Of a stretch of DNA of 63,194 nt, positions 27,859-38,076 are shown one piece after another. The stretch covers positions 1 through 63,194 of IMG/VR virus record IMGVR_UViG_3300028194_000318, one strand, 5' to 3'. The translations under genes were made by a program, and so were the position numbers. The stretch is from a virus (Duplodnaviria; Caudoviricetes). Below the pieces are notes generated by a model that saw only the letters and a program-made list of their open reading frames with translations, was not told the DNA's origin and did not search any database. Numbering within the stretch: the first letter of the stretch is position 1; each line of letters begins with the position of its first letter.

Positions 27859-28278
27859 CTATTGACCAGGTAATATAATCTTGGAAGGTTCAGTCTTTTT
27901 TAAGTCTACAAAGAATTCATCTACTTTAAAATGTTCTGCATTTATTGCAAACATATGAATAAATGTTTCTATATCAGCTCTATCACTAAGATAGAACTCA
28001 GAAAATGTATCTACTAATCTTCTTTCTTCTTTATGTGTCTTACCAGTTTGTGGATTAGGTTTCTTAAGTCTAATTGGTTGCCCATCATCATCTAACTTTG
28101 GGACCATATGATAAGATTGTTTCATTACTTTACTGATGACTGCTAAGATGCCTGACGCAGGGTCAAACATAGCTTCTGTGTATGGTGAGTCCATGCTCAC
28201 TGGAATTAATGTAAATGATTTAGCATTTCTAAATGTAGAATTTACTAACATCATATTTTGTCCAATTTGGTTTGCCAT
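27859..28278 (-). CDS. Hypothetical protein
   Basis: 139 aa, with its own TACATTTG promoter at 28298-28305. Confidence 0.75.
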   Translation of the reverse strand: MANQIGQNMMLVNSTFRNAKSFTLIPVSMDSPYTEAMFDPASGILAVISKVMKQSYHMVPKLDDDGQPIRLKKPNPQTGKTHKEERRLVDTFSEFYLSDRADIETFIHMFAINAEHFKVDEFFVDLKKTEPSKIILPGQ

Positions 28279-28282
28279 AATT

Positions 28283-28870
28283 TTATTTTTGTTTTGTCAA
28301 ATGTATGGAATCTTTTTTTAACAATTGATACAATACTGCATTATTATTAACTAAAGTTTCTTTTTCTATGTCAGGTTTTGAACATAATTCCCCTATACTC
28401 TCTAGTAAATCTTTATCTACTTTAAAGTATTGAGCATATGATTCAAAACTTTCATCTGGTGTGAGAAATGTCTGGATATATTCTCCTGCCTTTTCTTTAT
28501 CACCAAAGAAATCTATAATAAGTATCTTAGCATTTAGACTAAGTTGAGAATATTTCCCATTTATAAACCTTTTATGATCAGGTTTAAATGCTTTAGTCAA
28601 ATTAAATATATATATAACTTTATCTTTTGATAGTTCTACAAAGTCATCATACATATCATGATTATCTAAATACTTTTCTGCAAAATCCTTAAAGCCCTTT
28701 GTCTGTTTAGTTTTATATTCTAATATTAATCTGCAATCTTCAACAGAGTAAACACTGTCCCAACAGACATAAGTCTGTAAAGGGACGTATTTAGCTTTTC
28801 TACCTATACCTAATAAAGGATATAGAAATACTTTACTCTTCTGAAAATAGTCAGTATATATTAAACCCAT
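28283..28870 (-). CDS. Conserved-looking phage hypothetical protein
   Basis: Start reassigned to MGLIYTDYF. Contains KSKVFLYPLLG...FINGKYSQLS. Confidence 0.7.
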   Translation of the reverse strand: MGLIYTDYFQKSKVFLYPLLGIGRKAKYVPLQTYVCWDSVYSVEDCRLILEYKTKQTKGFKDFAEKYLDNHDMYDDFVELSKDKVIYIFNLTKAFKPDHKRFINGKYSQLSLNAKILIIDFFGDKEKAGEYIQTFLTPDESFESYAQYFKVDKDLLESIGELCSKPDIEKETLVNNNAVLYQLLKKDSIHLTKQK

Positions 28871-28871
28871 A

Positions 28872-29864
28872 CTATAAGGTAACCTTTTTTGATAAAAATT
28901 CAATAGGCAATGAGTAATTTCTACTTTTATAATGGAATTCAGCAGTTTTAATTGCACCTCCAAGGCCATCAGCCCATCCACCCATAGTTTCTCTAGATAC
29001 ATCAAAGACATATACTTGATCATATGTATCAATTACAACAAACTTAAACATTAATTCATAATCATCAGCATCATCACCCAAGGTATCATACACTAACTTC
29101 ATATAAATAGAAGCTTGTAACCAGTAATTATAAAAGTCTACAGTGTCTTTAAAGTCTGAGACTGTCTTCCCGGTTGTCTTAAGATCACATATGGTTACTT
29201 GCTTTTTATCACTATCAACCTTATAATAATCTATAAATCCATGCAGGCCAAAATCTAAACCTTTAAGTTCAGACTTAAGATACTTCTCACTAAATGTTTC
29301 AATAGGATCTAAATCAAAATCAGTTGTTACTTCACTAAACAATGACATAACATCTTTATTTTCTTTTAGTATTTCTACTCTCTCAGTACATCTCACTAAA
29401 GTATCTTGATCAACTACATCAACATTACTGTTACCAACAAATTTCCAATAAGGTTCATTGTCTTCTGTTCTTATCTTAGCTATTCTTGACTCATCAGCTT
29501 TAAGAGATTGATATAGGTTTAAATTCTTTAGTGAATCTAGTATGATAAAGTCATCACAATCTACTAATGTTTCTGCATCAGTATGAAGAGCCATATCTTT
29601 TAATACCTTTCTGATATTATCACTTGGGCTTTTCCCTGGTACAACATTAAATTTATTATTAACTTCACCTGCCTCAAACAAGAGACAGTGTATTAGTTTA
29701 CCTTCAATTAAATGTTTATCAGTTCTGACCTCACGGTCATGTAATATATAGTCCTTATAGAATAAGGATGGTGAAAATAATAATTTATTCAAAGAAGAGT
29801 AGCTAAAGCAAAAATCTTTATTTGCATAAAACTTCTCTTCTTTTTCTTTATTTGTTTTTATCAT
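28872..29864 (-). CDS. PD-(D/E)XK exonuclease (RecE/DUF3799-like)
   Basis: FSYSSL, GKLIHCLL, GFIDYY...ICDLKTT, YWLQASIY. Confidence 0.85.
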   Translation of the reverse strand: MIKTNKEKEEKFYANKDFCFSYSSLNKLLFSPSLFYKDYILHDREVRTDKHLIEGKLIHCLLFEAGEVNNKFNVVPGKSPSDNIRKVLKDMALHTDAETLVDCDDFIILDSLKNLNLYQSLKADESRIAKIRTEDNEPYWKFVGNSNVDVVDQDTLVRCTERVEILKENKDVMSLFSEVTTDFDLDPIETFSEKYLKSELKGLDFGLHGFIDYYKVDSDKKQVTICDLKTTGKTVSDFKDTVDFYNYWLQASIYMKLVYDTLGDDADDYELMFKFVVIDTYDQVYVFDVSRETMGGWADGLGGAIKTAEFHYKSRNYSLPIEFLSKKVTL

Positions 29865-29988
29865 CTAGTTTATCTAATTTTTGTTGTAGTTTCTGTATCA
29901 TTGCTTTAACACCAGGTGTCTGGTTTATTTTTTCTTTATAGAATAATATAGTTTCTATCAACGCTTTTCTATCATCTTTTTTAGTCAT
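29848..29988 (-). CDS. 46-aa helical peptide (not in ORF track)
   Basis: MTKKDDRKALIETILFYKEKINQTPGVKAMIQKLQQKLDKLDDKNK. Fills the gap and overlaps both neighbours. Confidence 0.55.
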   Translation of the reverse strand: MTKKDDRKALIETILFYKEKINQTPGVKAMIQKLQQKLDKLDDKNK

Positions 29989-31165
29989 TATTAATGTTTT
30001 CTATTAAGTTATCTCTTAGTTGAAGAGCTTCTAAAGATACATGGAACACTGTGTCTTCTCTATCATTACCTACTAGAGGAGACATAATGTGTTTATACAT
30101 TTTCTCTCTTGTATTATCAATAGCAAACTTAGTTAATTTATCATGATGTATCAAATTTTTGATATAATTATTGTAGCTATAGCAGTTGCTTACACTACCA
30201 CCACCTTCAAAGACTTTCATTTTAGATCTCAGTGCTTTAACATTTACTGTATTCCAATTATTAGTGTCTTTTAACCAGTCATATTGCCAGTAATAAATAT
30301 TACTAACTACATCAAAAGAAGCATTAACATTACAATTTGCTAGCATTTCTAAGGCTAAGGATCTATTATCTCTATCTGAACTAGTAATCATTTGTTCAAT
30401 GTTTTCTAATTCAGTATTTTCAATAACAGCTAAGTCTTTATCAATTAAGTTATTTATATCAACATCAAATACTATTTGAGATGAAGTATTAATTATACTA
30501 TGATATTTATCTATGTTCTCTTGTCCTTTAACTAGTATTTCTCTACCACCATTATCTCTCAGTTTATCCCTTTCAGCTTCTATATAATTACCTATAATTC
30601 TATTAGCATCAAGTAAATGTACTGAGTTCCCATGAAAGTAAGATTTACTAATATGTATTCTTGAGTCTTTAGGTATTCCTTCTAACAGTTCCTTACACTT
30701 TAATAAAGAATCTGCTGTTAGAGAGTCAGACTTTTTAAGAAAGCTTAATAGATCATACATACCACTGTAATTATATGAGGGGTACCAATTAGTTTCCATT
30801 AACTTTCTCATTGTATTAATAGATATTACCTCTATGTCAGCTTTATCTATAGATCTAGTTATTTTACAATTAAACTTTTCTTTTAATAGATCAACTTTTT
30901 GTCTAGGTAAATCTAAATGTGGCCATCTGTACAGCTTTTTATCTTGTACATCTATTACTTCTGGTGACGGAGGTAAGATTTCTTTTATTAACTCTTTCTC
31001 TATTTGCCAACTGTTAGTTTGACCAACATATACACCTTCTTCTACTAGAGTAAATGCATTACTCAATAGTTTTGTGGTTACTTTATTATTATTTACTATG
31101 CTATTGTTATTAGTTACAGTAGTTTTTTCATCTACTTGTATACTTAAATTGAATTTTCTAATCAT
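29981..31165 (-). CDS. BRCT-like domain protein, paralog of 31158-32210
   Basis: KKLYRWPHLDLPRQKVDLLKEKFNCKITRSIDKADIEVI, plus the shared helical motif. Confidence 0.6.
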   Translation of the reverse strand: MIRKFNLSIQVDEKTTVTNNNSIVNNNKVTTKLLSNAFTLVEEGVYVGQTNSWQIEKELIKEILPPSPEVIDVQDKKLYRWPHLDLPRQKVDLLKEKFNCKITRSIDKADIEVISINTMRKLMETNWYPSYNYSGMYDLLSFLKKSDSLTADSLLKCKELLEGIPKDSRIHISKSYFHGNSVHLLDANRIIGNYIEAERDKLRDNGGREILVKGQENIDKYHSIINTSSQIVFDVDINNLIDKDLAVIENTELENIEQMITSSDRDNRSLALEMLANCNVNASFDVVSNIYYWQYDWLKDTNNWNTVNVKALRSKMKVFEGGGSVSNCYSYNNYIKNLIHHDKLTKFAIDNTREKMYKHIMSPLVGNDREDTVFHVSLEALQLRDNLIENINND

Positions 31166-32210
31166 CTTGTTTTTTTAAATATTGTTGATATTCTTTCTTT
31201 ACAGCTACTTGAAATGTATAAAGATCTCTATTATGTATGCTTATTTCTCTTCTTACTATAGGTTCTAAATATCTAAAAGTTGTTTTACATAACTTATCAT
31301 TTACTTCTAACCATAGTATCATATCTTGAGCACTTTTTCTTTCAAACTTTTTAAATCCAGAAGCTTCTAACCAATACTGAAGATCTTTATCTCTATTATC
31401 TGCATAGGTTATACTATTACAGTCTTGTGCAAACTGCCATAATAAATGATAGTTTCTTTTATAGTCAATAGTAGGGACAATCTTAAGAGCAATAGCTTTA
31501 TCATCACTATAAGAATTAAGTTGAGTTTTAAGATCTGCTAGCAATTGTTCATCAAGAACCATTTTACTAGCTGAGCTATGTAACACTGTCTCAGGATCAA
31601 CTACACTTAAGTCTGTTGTATCTATAAGATGTGCTAAGTTTAAAGCCATACCTGTAATCATCCACACATCATATACACTACTTTCTATATCTAAATCATA
31701 GTATCTTACTTTGTCAGTCAACTTACCAGTTATTAGAGTTGGAATACCTGAGTTATAAATTGATATTTCCATAGGATGACAAGCTGTGCTTCTACCTTTA
31801 GTAGTTTCATAATTCCATAACTTTGCCATCATAAGAGTACTGGGTATGTTATCTCCATTACTTAACTTCTCATATGGTGCTATTTCATCATGACCTATAA
31901 TTAAGTCTGCTAATTCATAATCATTAGTTACAGTAATACCGTGCTCTTTAAGAGCTGCTTTTAATCTATCTTGTGATACACTACACTTAGGTAATATAAA
32001 AGCTTTCTTTTTAGTTCTAAAAGTTTGGTCATCTTCTGTAGGGACCGTTAATATACTGTGTATTTTTTCATATGTTGTTTGATCTTCAGTGCATAACACT
32101 TCATTTATCTCATTTGAAGAAGAGAGGATACCGTTTATGGTATCACTCTCTAAATCAAAGTAAGATAAAGCAGCAAGATCAAGGTTTTGATATACTGATT
32201 TATTTGCCAT
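31158..32210 (-). CDS. BRCT-like domain protein
   Basis: KKAFILPKCSVSQDRLKAALKEHGITVTNDYELADLIIG. Confidence 0.6.
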   Translation of the reverse strand: MANKSVYQNLDLAALSYFDLESDTINGILSSSNEINEVLCTEDQTTYEKIHSILTVPTEDDQTFRTKKKAFILPKCSVSQDRLKAALKEHGITVTNDYELADLIIGHDEIAPYEKLSNGDNIPSTLMMAKLWNYETTKGRSTACHPMEISIYNSGIPTLITGKLTDKVRYYDLDIESSVYDVWMITGMALNLAHLIDTTDLSVVDPETVLHSSASKMVLDEQLLADLKTQLNSYSDDKAIALKIVPTIDYKRNYHLLWQFAQDCNSITYADNRDKDLQYWLEASGFKKFERKSAQDMILWLEVNDKLCKTTFRYLEPIVRREISIHNRDLYTFQVAVKKEYQQYLKKQDD

Positions 32211-32211
32211 T

Positions 32212-33483
32212 TTATTTCATTGTCATTTTGATAATGTCTGGATTCATCATCATCTTATTAAACTTCTTTTTATTTCCGTTAAAGATTGTTCTCACAATTA
32301 AATACTTAAGATCATTAGTAAAATAATCTTTTGTACAGAGAGAGATTAATCTATCAGTTTGCTTTTGCCCTATAGTATTTTCTTTAGAATATACTACAGA
32401 ATAATTACCAAGTCTAGTTGCTAAGGTTGCAGCAATATCTGCACGGTATGTATCATCTTGTCCAATACAAGATCTTAGTTCACCAAGAATATAAGATTCA
32501 TTATCATGAGTCAATAAATCTTTAGGTGTTACTAGTTTATCAAGTTTATTATTAATAAATGTAGTAAACATAGAAGCAAATTCATCTCCTACACTACCTT
32601 CACCAATCATTTGAATTAATGATAAACTATCTTCAAACTTTTCAAAGCTAGATATAGCATTAAAGAACGTTGTAATTGATCTTGCATTTGTTTCTTGAGT
32701 TACTAACTCTGGGTGAAGTAATAGGAAGTTAATACATCTAGTATCAATTCCTGCACCCTCTGCCCATTGTGCCCATACATTAACATCAAACTTAAGGTTA
32801 GCGGTTACATATCTAGTCTTCTGTGCACTATCTACACTGTTAACCATATAATCTCCATTATCAGGGTTTGCTGTTAAAATTATGTGCCAGTCTTTTGGTA
32901 ATGTCCATGAAATATAAGTCTGACGGTCTATCAGTTCCATAACTGCCTGAATAAATCTTGTATCAGCACGGTTCCAGTCATCTAGTAATAATATACCACC
33001 TTCTTTTGCATCAGCAATCCATTCAGGAGCACAATAAGACATTCTATTTTTACCTGACATTTTATATCCATTCTTTAGGTACTCTTGTACAGCTAGTTCA
33101 TCAACCCACATACCAATTTTCTTAGTAGTTGTTGTATTTAAATTAGCTAAACTATTACCTGCAGCTCTTTGTGCAGCAGTAACCATACTTAGATCATCTA
33201 ATTTTTTAGCCGGTACTGTCTTCTCTTTGTACATTTGAAATTGACGTACAGGGAAACCAACAAGGTCACCTAACTCTTCTATCTGTGCTAAGTTTAGCTT
33301 AACAAACTTTAAATTATTATCCTGAGCAAGCTCTACTATGGTAGATGTCTTACCTATACCTGATTCTCCTACAACTTCTACTGATACAGGACTTTTACCC
33401 TCTGTTTGTAGGAATCTATTATTTTTTATTATGTGATTTACAAATCCTTTTAGTTCTGTAACGTTTAAATTTACTTGTGCCAT
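32212..33483 (-). CDS. MoxR-like AAA+ ATPase
   Basis: Walker A GESGIGKT, Walker B ILLLDDWNRA, and ILTANP. Confidence 0.9.
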   Translation of the reverse strand: MAQVNLNVTELKGFVNHIIKNNRFLQTEGKSPVSVEVVGESGIGKTSTIVELAQDNNLKFVKLNLAQIEELGDLVGFPVRQFQMYKEKTVPAKKLDDLSMVTAAQRAAGNSLANLNTTTTKKIGMWVDELAVQEYLKNGYKMSGKNRMSYCAPEWIADAKEGGILLLDDWNRADTRFIQAVMELIDRQTYISWTLPKDWHIILTANPDNGDYMVNSVDSAQKTRYVTANLKFDVNVWAQWAEGAGIDTRCINFLLLHPELVTQETNARSITTFFNAISSFEKFEDSLSLIQMIGEGSVGDEFASMFTTFINNKLDKLVTPKDLLTHDNESYILGELRSCIGQDDTYRADIAATLATRLGNYSVVYSKENTIGQKQTDRLISLCTKDYFTNDLKYLIVRTIFNGNKKKFNKMMMNPDIIKMTMK

Positions 33484-33490
33484 TGTTTTA

Positions 33491-34654
33491 TTAATTTAAT
33501 TTGATTTTTTGTCCTGGTAATTCATCATTTATTTCTGATACACTGCTGTGAACCCATAATGTGTTCTTAGGACAGTCATCAGGAGAATATGCTTCACCAT
33601 CTGTTAAATATATTAGAGCTGTATAAGCTCCTTTCTTTTCATTGTAATGGTCTATTACAGGTTGGAATGAAGTCCCACCTCTACCATGTATTTCCCAATC
33701 ATGCTTAGGATTGAACTCTTTCACACTATTAAGTTTTGTATCACATTGTGCTACTGTAATTTTATGACCAGTTTTGCACATATGTGCTAACTCATTAAAG
33801 AATTCTTTTAATTCATCATTATTTACAGACCCACTTGTGTCAACACCAACAAGAATATGATTCTTAAACTTAATTTTAAGGCCTGGATTAGCAGCATACC
33901 GTTTGTTATACTTACGTCTGAGCTTCTTAGTATATACTATACTTGAATTACCAACAAACCTTTTTAAATAACCTTTCCAATCAAATTTAGCTGGCTCAAT
34001 ATGAGTAAGTCTATGTATAAGGTCTGCTAATTCACCCGGAATAGTTCCCATTTTCTTGATTGTTTGTTCAGCAGAATCTTTTAACTGATGCTCAATTTGT
34101 TTTTGCATTAGTTTTTTATCTGCTTCAGGCAGTTCATCAAAATCATTCCACGTGCCATGACAGTACTGACTGGTACCATCCATTTGATTCATAAGATTAT
34201 CTAATGAAGGAGATGTTCCATCCTCTTTTGCCTGTTCCAAAAGCTCATAATACTTTTTGGTACCTGCTTTTGTAGGAAGATTTAATTCAGGAAAACTATT
34301 TAATAACAGCCCACCCGTAGGTAGTTTGCTTTCCAGTATGTACTGGTTTATTTCCAAATCTGCAGCTATATTAAATAACTTATGATCTGTATATAGGTCC
34401 CTTAAAATAAGATGTCCAAAAGCTATATGTAATAGCTCATGTTTTATCAAACCAAATCTATGGTCTTCACTGAGATCATTATAGAACTCTGGGTTTATAG
34501 TCAATTGTATACCAATATTGTGTTTACTTACACCTGCAGTGGGAATGTTCTCACTATACTTTTTATTGATACCAATTAAAAAGAGCCCGTAAAAGGGCTC
34601 AGTAAATATTAAACTTTTGGTTGTTCTTGCAACCTGATCTTGTATATTAATCAT
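33491..34654 (-). CDS. HExxH metallopeptidase plus vWA protein (DUF2201-like)
   Basis: KHELLH, NIAADLEIN, VDTSGS, GRGGTSF, YLTDG. Confidence 0.9.
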   Translation of the reverse strand: MINIQDQVARTTKSLIFTEPFYGLFLIGINKKYSENIPTAGVSKHNIGIQLTINPEFYNDLSEDHRFGLIKHELLHIAFGHLILRDLYTDHKLFNIAADLEINQYILESKLPTGGLLLNSFPELNLPTKAGTKKYYELLEQAKEDGTSPSLDNLMNQMDGTSQYCHGTWNDFDELPEADKKLMQKQIEHQLKDSAEQTIKKMGTIPGELADLIHRLTHIEPAKFDWKGYLKRFVGNSSIVYTKKLRRKYNKRYAANPGLKIKFKNHILVGVDTSGSVNNDELKEFFNELAHMCKTGHKITVAQCDTKLNSVKEFNPKHDWEIHGRGGTSFQPVIDHYNEKKGAYTALIYLTDGEAYSPDDCPKNTLWVHSSVSEINDELPGQKIKLN

Positions 34655-34943
34655 CCATTAATTTATCTAAAATTTGTTTATAAATATCATCAGCTTGTTC
34701 CAATGATAAAAATGTATATAATTTTTTACCATTACCTACGGTAAAATCTACTTTTATAGTAGCAGCAAAAGCTTTTCTGTCACTGAACATTAATGCTTTT
34801 AGCATCAATAGATCAAGTATCTTTCTATCTGTATACTGATTGTTGTATATTTCAAATGCAAGTTCTTTGTCTTCTAATGATCCAGAAAACATTTCTTTCA
34901 TTCTAAAGAATTCATCAATTGATATTATCTTCTTTTTTTTCAT
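34647..34943 (-). CDS. Small protein sharing a helical motif with the BRCT-like pair
   Basis: ISIDEFFRMKEMFSGSLEDKELAFEIYNN. Confidence 0.65.
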   Translation of the reverse strand: MKKKKIISIDEFFRMKEMFSGSLEDKELAFEIYNNQYTDRKILDLLMLKALMFSDRKAFAATIKVDFTVGNGKKLYTFLSLEQADDIYKQILDKLMDD

Positions 34944-35316
34944 TAATTATTAATTCTATCCACACACCTGGATTTTCTTTATCATAAGTATATTGTTCAA
35001 ATGCAGGAATTATAAACTCTGCATTGTCATCTTCAATCCACCCATACTTAACCATATCATCTTGCACTGTCTGTGCAGGATTTATATAGTCAAACTTATG
35101 GCGGCTTCCTCTGATAAATTCAAAAGATATTTTTACTGGTAATTCTACCTTTTCTAGTTCTTGCTTAAAATCCTTAGTATATTTTAAATATATATCCTTA
35201 GTAGCTTTTCTATAATTCATTACAGCTTTGCTAGCAATAAAGTATTTACCTGTCCAACGCCTACCATTTTTACTGCTAGGAACGTTACCTGGTATCCACC
35301 ATCTTATTTTTCTCAT
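34915..35316 (-). CDS. RusA-like Holliday junction resolvase
   Basis: IPGNVPSSKN...FDYINPAQTVQDDMVKYGWIEDDN. Confidence 0.75.
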   Translation of the reverse strand: MRKIRWWIPGNVPSSKNGRRWTGKYFIASKAVMNYRKATKDIYLKYTKDFKQELEKVELPVKISFEFIRGSRHKFDYINPAQTVQDDMVKYGWIEDDNAEFIIPAFEQYTYDKENPGVWIELIINEKKEDNIN

Positions 35317-35317
35317 A

Positions 35318-35641
35318 TTATTTATCTTTTACAAATTGACCATTAATCATTTTACCTGTACGTTTTGAGATTACATTATAAGCTGATTCAAGACAGTATT
35401 CTAAAGATACATTTTGCATCTTAGCCTGAATAATCAAGGTGACCATTATATCACCTATAGCATCAATGGTCTCTGCATGGTCATTACTATTGATAGCTTG
35501 TATAAGCTCAGTTGTTTCTTCTAGTGTCTTCAGTGCTTGAGCCATTGGTGAAGCTACTTTATCTGGTCCTTGAATTTTATCAAGGATACCTTTTTCTTCT
35601 GCCCAGCTTTCAACTGCACATTCTAATTCAAAATAATCCAT
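35318..35641 (-). CDS. MazG-like nucleotide pyrophosphohydrolase
   Basis: KTLEETTEL...DAIGDIMVTL...AYNVISKRTGKMINGQFVK. Confidence 0.85.
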   Translation of the reverse strand: MDYFELECAVESWAEEKGILDKIQGPDKVASPMAQALKTLEETTELIQAINSNDHAETIDAIGDIMVTLIIQAKMQNVSLEYCLESAYNVISKRTGKMINGQFVKDK

Positions 35642-35644
35642 AAT

Positions 35645-36622
35645 TTATTTATTTAAAATCTTTTTTAATATAGGTTGAATCATCAAATGCACTAATTTAA
35701 AACCAGAATTTTTCATAGCATCAGATATATCTTTAGCTGTAGGACATACCATACCATCTAGTTTATAAAGCTCACTATATTTTTTAATAGCTGCTTTGCC
35801 TGCATCATCATTATCAAAAAGAGTTATTATTTTTTTATACTTTTTCTTAAGATGCTCAATTATATGAGGTTTAATCATAGTATTCTCACTGTCTGGTGCT
35901 AATACTTCTAAATTATAACCCATACCTTTTAAACACATAGCATCTTTAAGAGATGAACATATTACTAAGTATGGTTGATCAAATTTCAGCTGGTCAAACC
36001 CTTGTAAATAAGGTTTAACTTTATGAAACTTGTGCTTCTTACTATGAGGTTGATAGATTTTATATACTTCACCATACTTATCAAAGTATCCGTACATATG
36101 TTTGCTAGCAATTCTCAATTTTTTAATTTCTCCCTCTTGTTCTTTTATTAAGTTATAGTATTCAATAGGTTTTACATTATAATTACTTAGTAATGTTTTA
36201 CCAATTCTAAAAGATAACCAATAATCTTTATCCTCCACGGTCCAGGCCCTATCTTTAATAAGGTCTACTTCCCATTTGGATTGAGGTTCAAATTTTTGTT
36301 CAATATATTCTGATGATCTCACGTAAGCGTTGTAATCTCTAACCATCCTCTGCATTGCTGTAGGAAAGTCAAAGTTAAATATTGATTTAACTAAGTCAAT
36401 CTTATTGCCGCTTTTACCAGTAGAGAAATCTTTAAACTTATATTGCATAATAGTTTTATCAACATATATGCAAAAGCTTGGTGTTCTCTCATTGGTATTA
36501 AAGATAGATACAATCTTTAAGTCTTGTCCTGTTAATTTTTCAGGTAAGTTTAGATAGTATTGGAAAACCCACGTACTTGGTATATCAGATCCTTCTAGTA
36601 CAAAGTTTTTAGTATTAAACAT
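35645..36622 (-). CDS. DNA primase (Toprim)
   Basis: ERTPSF...FKDFSTG N-terminal domain, then ICSSLKDAMCL and LFDNDDAG. Confidence 0.85.
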   Translation of the reverse strand: MFNTKNFVLEGSDIPSTWVFQYYLNLPEKLTGQDLKIVSIFNTNERTPSFCIYVDKTIMQYKFKDFSTGKSGNKIDLVKSIFNFDFPTAMQRMVRDYNAYVRSSEYIEQKFEPQSKWEVDLIKDRAWTVEDKDYWLSFRIGKTLLSNYNVKPIEYYNLIKEQEGEIKKLRIASKHMYGYFDKYGEVYKIYQPHSKKHKFHKVKPYLQGFDQLKFDQPYLVICSSLKDAMCLKGMGYNLEVLAPDSENTMIKPHIIEHLKKKYKKIITLFDNDDAGKAAIKKYSELYKLDGMVCPTAKDISDAMKNSGFKLVHLMIQPILKKILNK

Positions 36623-36636
36623 ATTCCAAAAATAAT

Positions 36637-36670
36637 AAAAAGAAATGGGCCCAGCATTATACTGAGCCCA
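36637..36670 (-). terminator. Intrinsic terminator
   Basis: TGGGCTCAG/CTGGGCCCA stem followed by TTTCTTTT. Confidence 0.7.
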
Positions 36671-36688
36671 CTCTTTTCAAATTACTAA

Positions 36689-37363
36689 CTATAAATCAAA
36701 GTCATCTCCACTAGTTACTGCTGGCTCAAAGCTAGTAGCTACAGTAGGAGCTTTTTGGACCATAGGTCTAAAGTGGTTAGTATCATTTTTGTCAAATGTT
36801 AACAAGCTAGAACCTTCAGTATCCAAAGCTTCCAATGGCACTCCGTTTCTGCTTCTCTTAGGTAAGAACAAATCATTATTTACATAACCTTCTTTGTTTT
36901 CCCACTCACGTGCACCTAAGCATGCATTAATCCAACCTGTTTCTGAACATACAGTTGCAGCTTTTACCATAAAGTCTTCAATTGTATTTGCTTCAATAGC
37001 ATCTAGCTCAGTTCTTTTACCTACTACTTCTGATAAGAAGACCATTGCTTTCAATACCTCAGTATCACGGCTGATCTCATTACCATTATTTAATGTAGCA
37101 TCTTTAAATGGATATGGAGAGAATCTCACTCTACCTACTTGACCTTCATAACGTGGACCATTAGGATTATTCATATCTTTTAAGAAACCATTAAACTCTC
37201 CTGTTACAGGTTCACCTTCTATATGCAGGGTAATATTATATGCATCTGCATCATATGGTGTTTGATCAAATGTAATTGAGTTGATTTTCACTTTGTGATT
37301 ACCTGTTCCAATTACTGGTTTAGTTCCACCTGATCCGGCAGACATGTCTTTAGTACTTAACAT
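36689..37363 (-). CDS. Putative ssDNA-binding protein
   Basis: Lies beside a Sak4-like ATPase. Beta-rich, with acidic/aromatic tail GDDFDL. Confidence 0.55.
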   Translation of the reverse strand: MLSTKDMSAGSGGTKPVIGTGNHKVKINSITFDQTPYDADAYNITLHIEGEPVTGEFNGFLKDMNNPNGPRYEGQVGRVRFSPYPFKDATLNNGNEISRDTEVLKAMVFLSEVVGKRTELDAIEANTIEDFMVKAATVCSETGWINACLGAREWENKEGYVNNDLFLPKRSRNGVPLEALDTEGSSLLTFDKNDTNHFRPMVQKAPTVATSFEPAVTSGDDFDL

Positions 37364-37390
37364 AATTTACTTTTTTTTATTAATTATTAA

Positions 37391-38074
37391 TTATTGATTA
37401 TATTCTTCAATACAATCTTTTACAAATTTTAGGTCATTAGGGATAAACTTATCCTCAAACATACCCATAGGTGATTTACATGTGTTCTCTCCTGAGTTTT
37501 GTGTTTCAAAACCATAAGTGAGTTCACCATCATCATTTTTATTTACTTTACCAAATAAGACTATAGAGAACAGGCCTTCTAAAGTAAGAGTATTGTCAAT
37601 CATTTTACCAATAGTCTTTGCTTTTATTTTCCTATTTCCATTTATATCAGTTGAATCTTCTGAGTGAGTTAAAAAGATAACAGTTAGATCATCTCTCAAA
37701 TCTTTAGGTAGCTTAGCAACCATTGCTAAGTTTGCTGCAATCTGAGTAAACTTATCATAACCTTTCTCATTAGCTCTATCAAAGTATTCAAAAGAACTCA
37801 TATACTGCCAGTCATCTACAACAATAGTTTTGATGTCTGTCATTTTATCATTAACATGCTTCATTGCCTTAATAATACCAGGAGCTGATGCTGCTGATGT
37901 TAAATTACCTTTTGGGTTTTCTTTACTAATCTGAGTATACTTACTCTTATAGCCTTTAAAAGGTAAAGGTTTATTTGCAATATTTATAATGAAAGTCTCT
38001 TTAGGGTCTAATGTTCTGATTGAGGTAGACTTTCCTGTACCTGAATCTGCTATTACTAATATACTTTGTGCCAT
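37391..38074 (-). CDS. AAA_24/Sak4-like ATPase
   Basis: ADSGTGKST, IVVDDWQY, FLTHSE, KSPMGMF. Confidence 0.85.
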   Translation of the reverse strand: MAQSILVIADSGTGKSTSIRTLDPKETFIINIANKPLPFKGYKSKYTQISKENPKGNLTSAASAPGIIKAMKHVNDKMTDIKTIVVDDWQYMSSFEYFDRANEKGYDKFTQIAANLAMVAKLPKDLRDDLTVIFLTHSEDSTDINGNRKIKAKTIGKMIDNTLTLEGLFSIVLFGKVNKNDDGELTYGFETQNSGENTCKSPMGMFEDKFIPNDLKFVKDCIEEYNQ

Positions 38075-38076
38075 AG

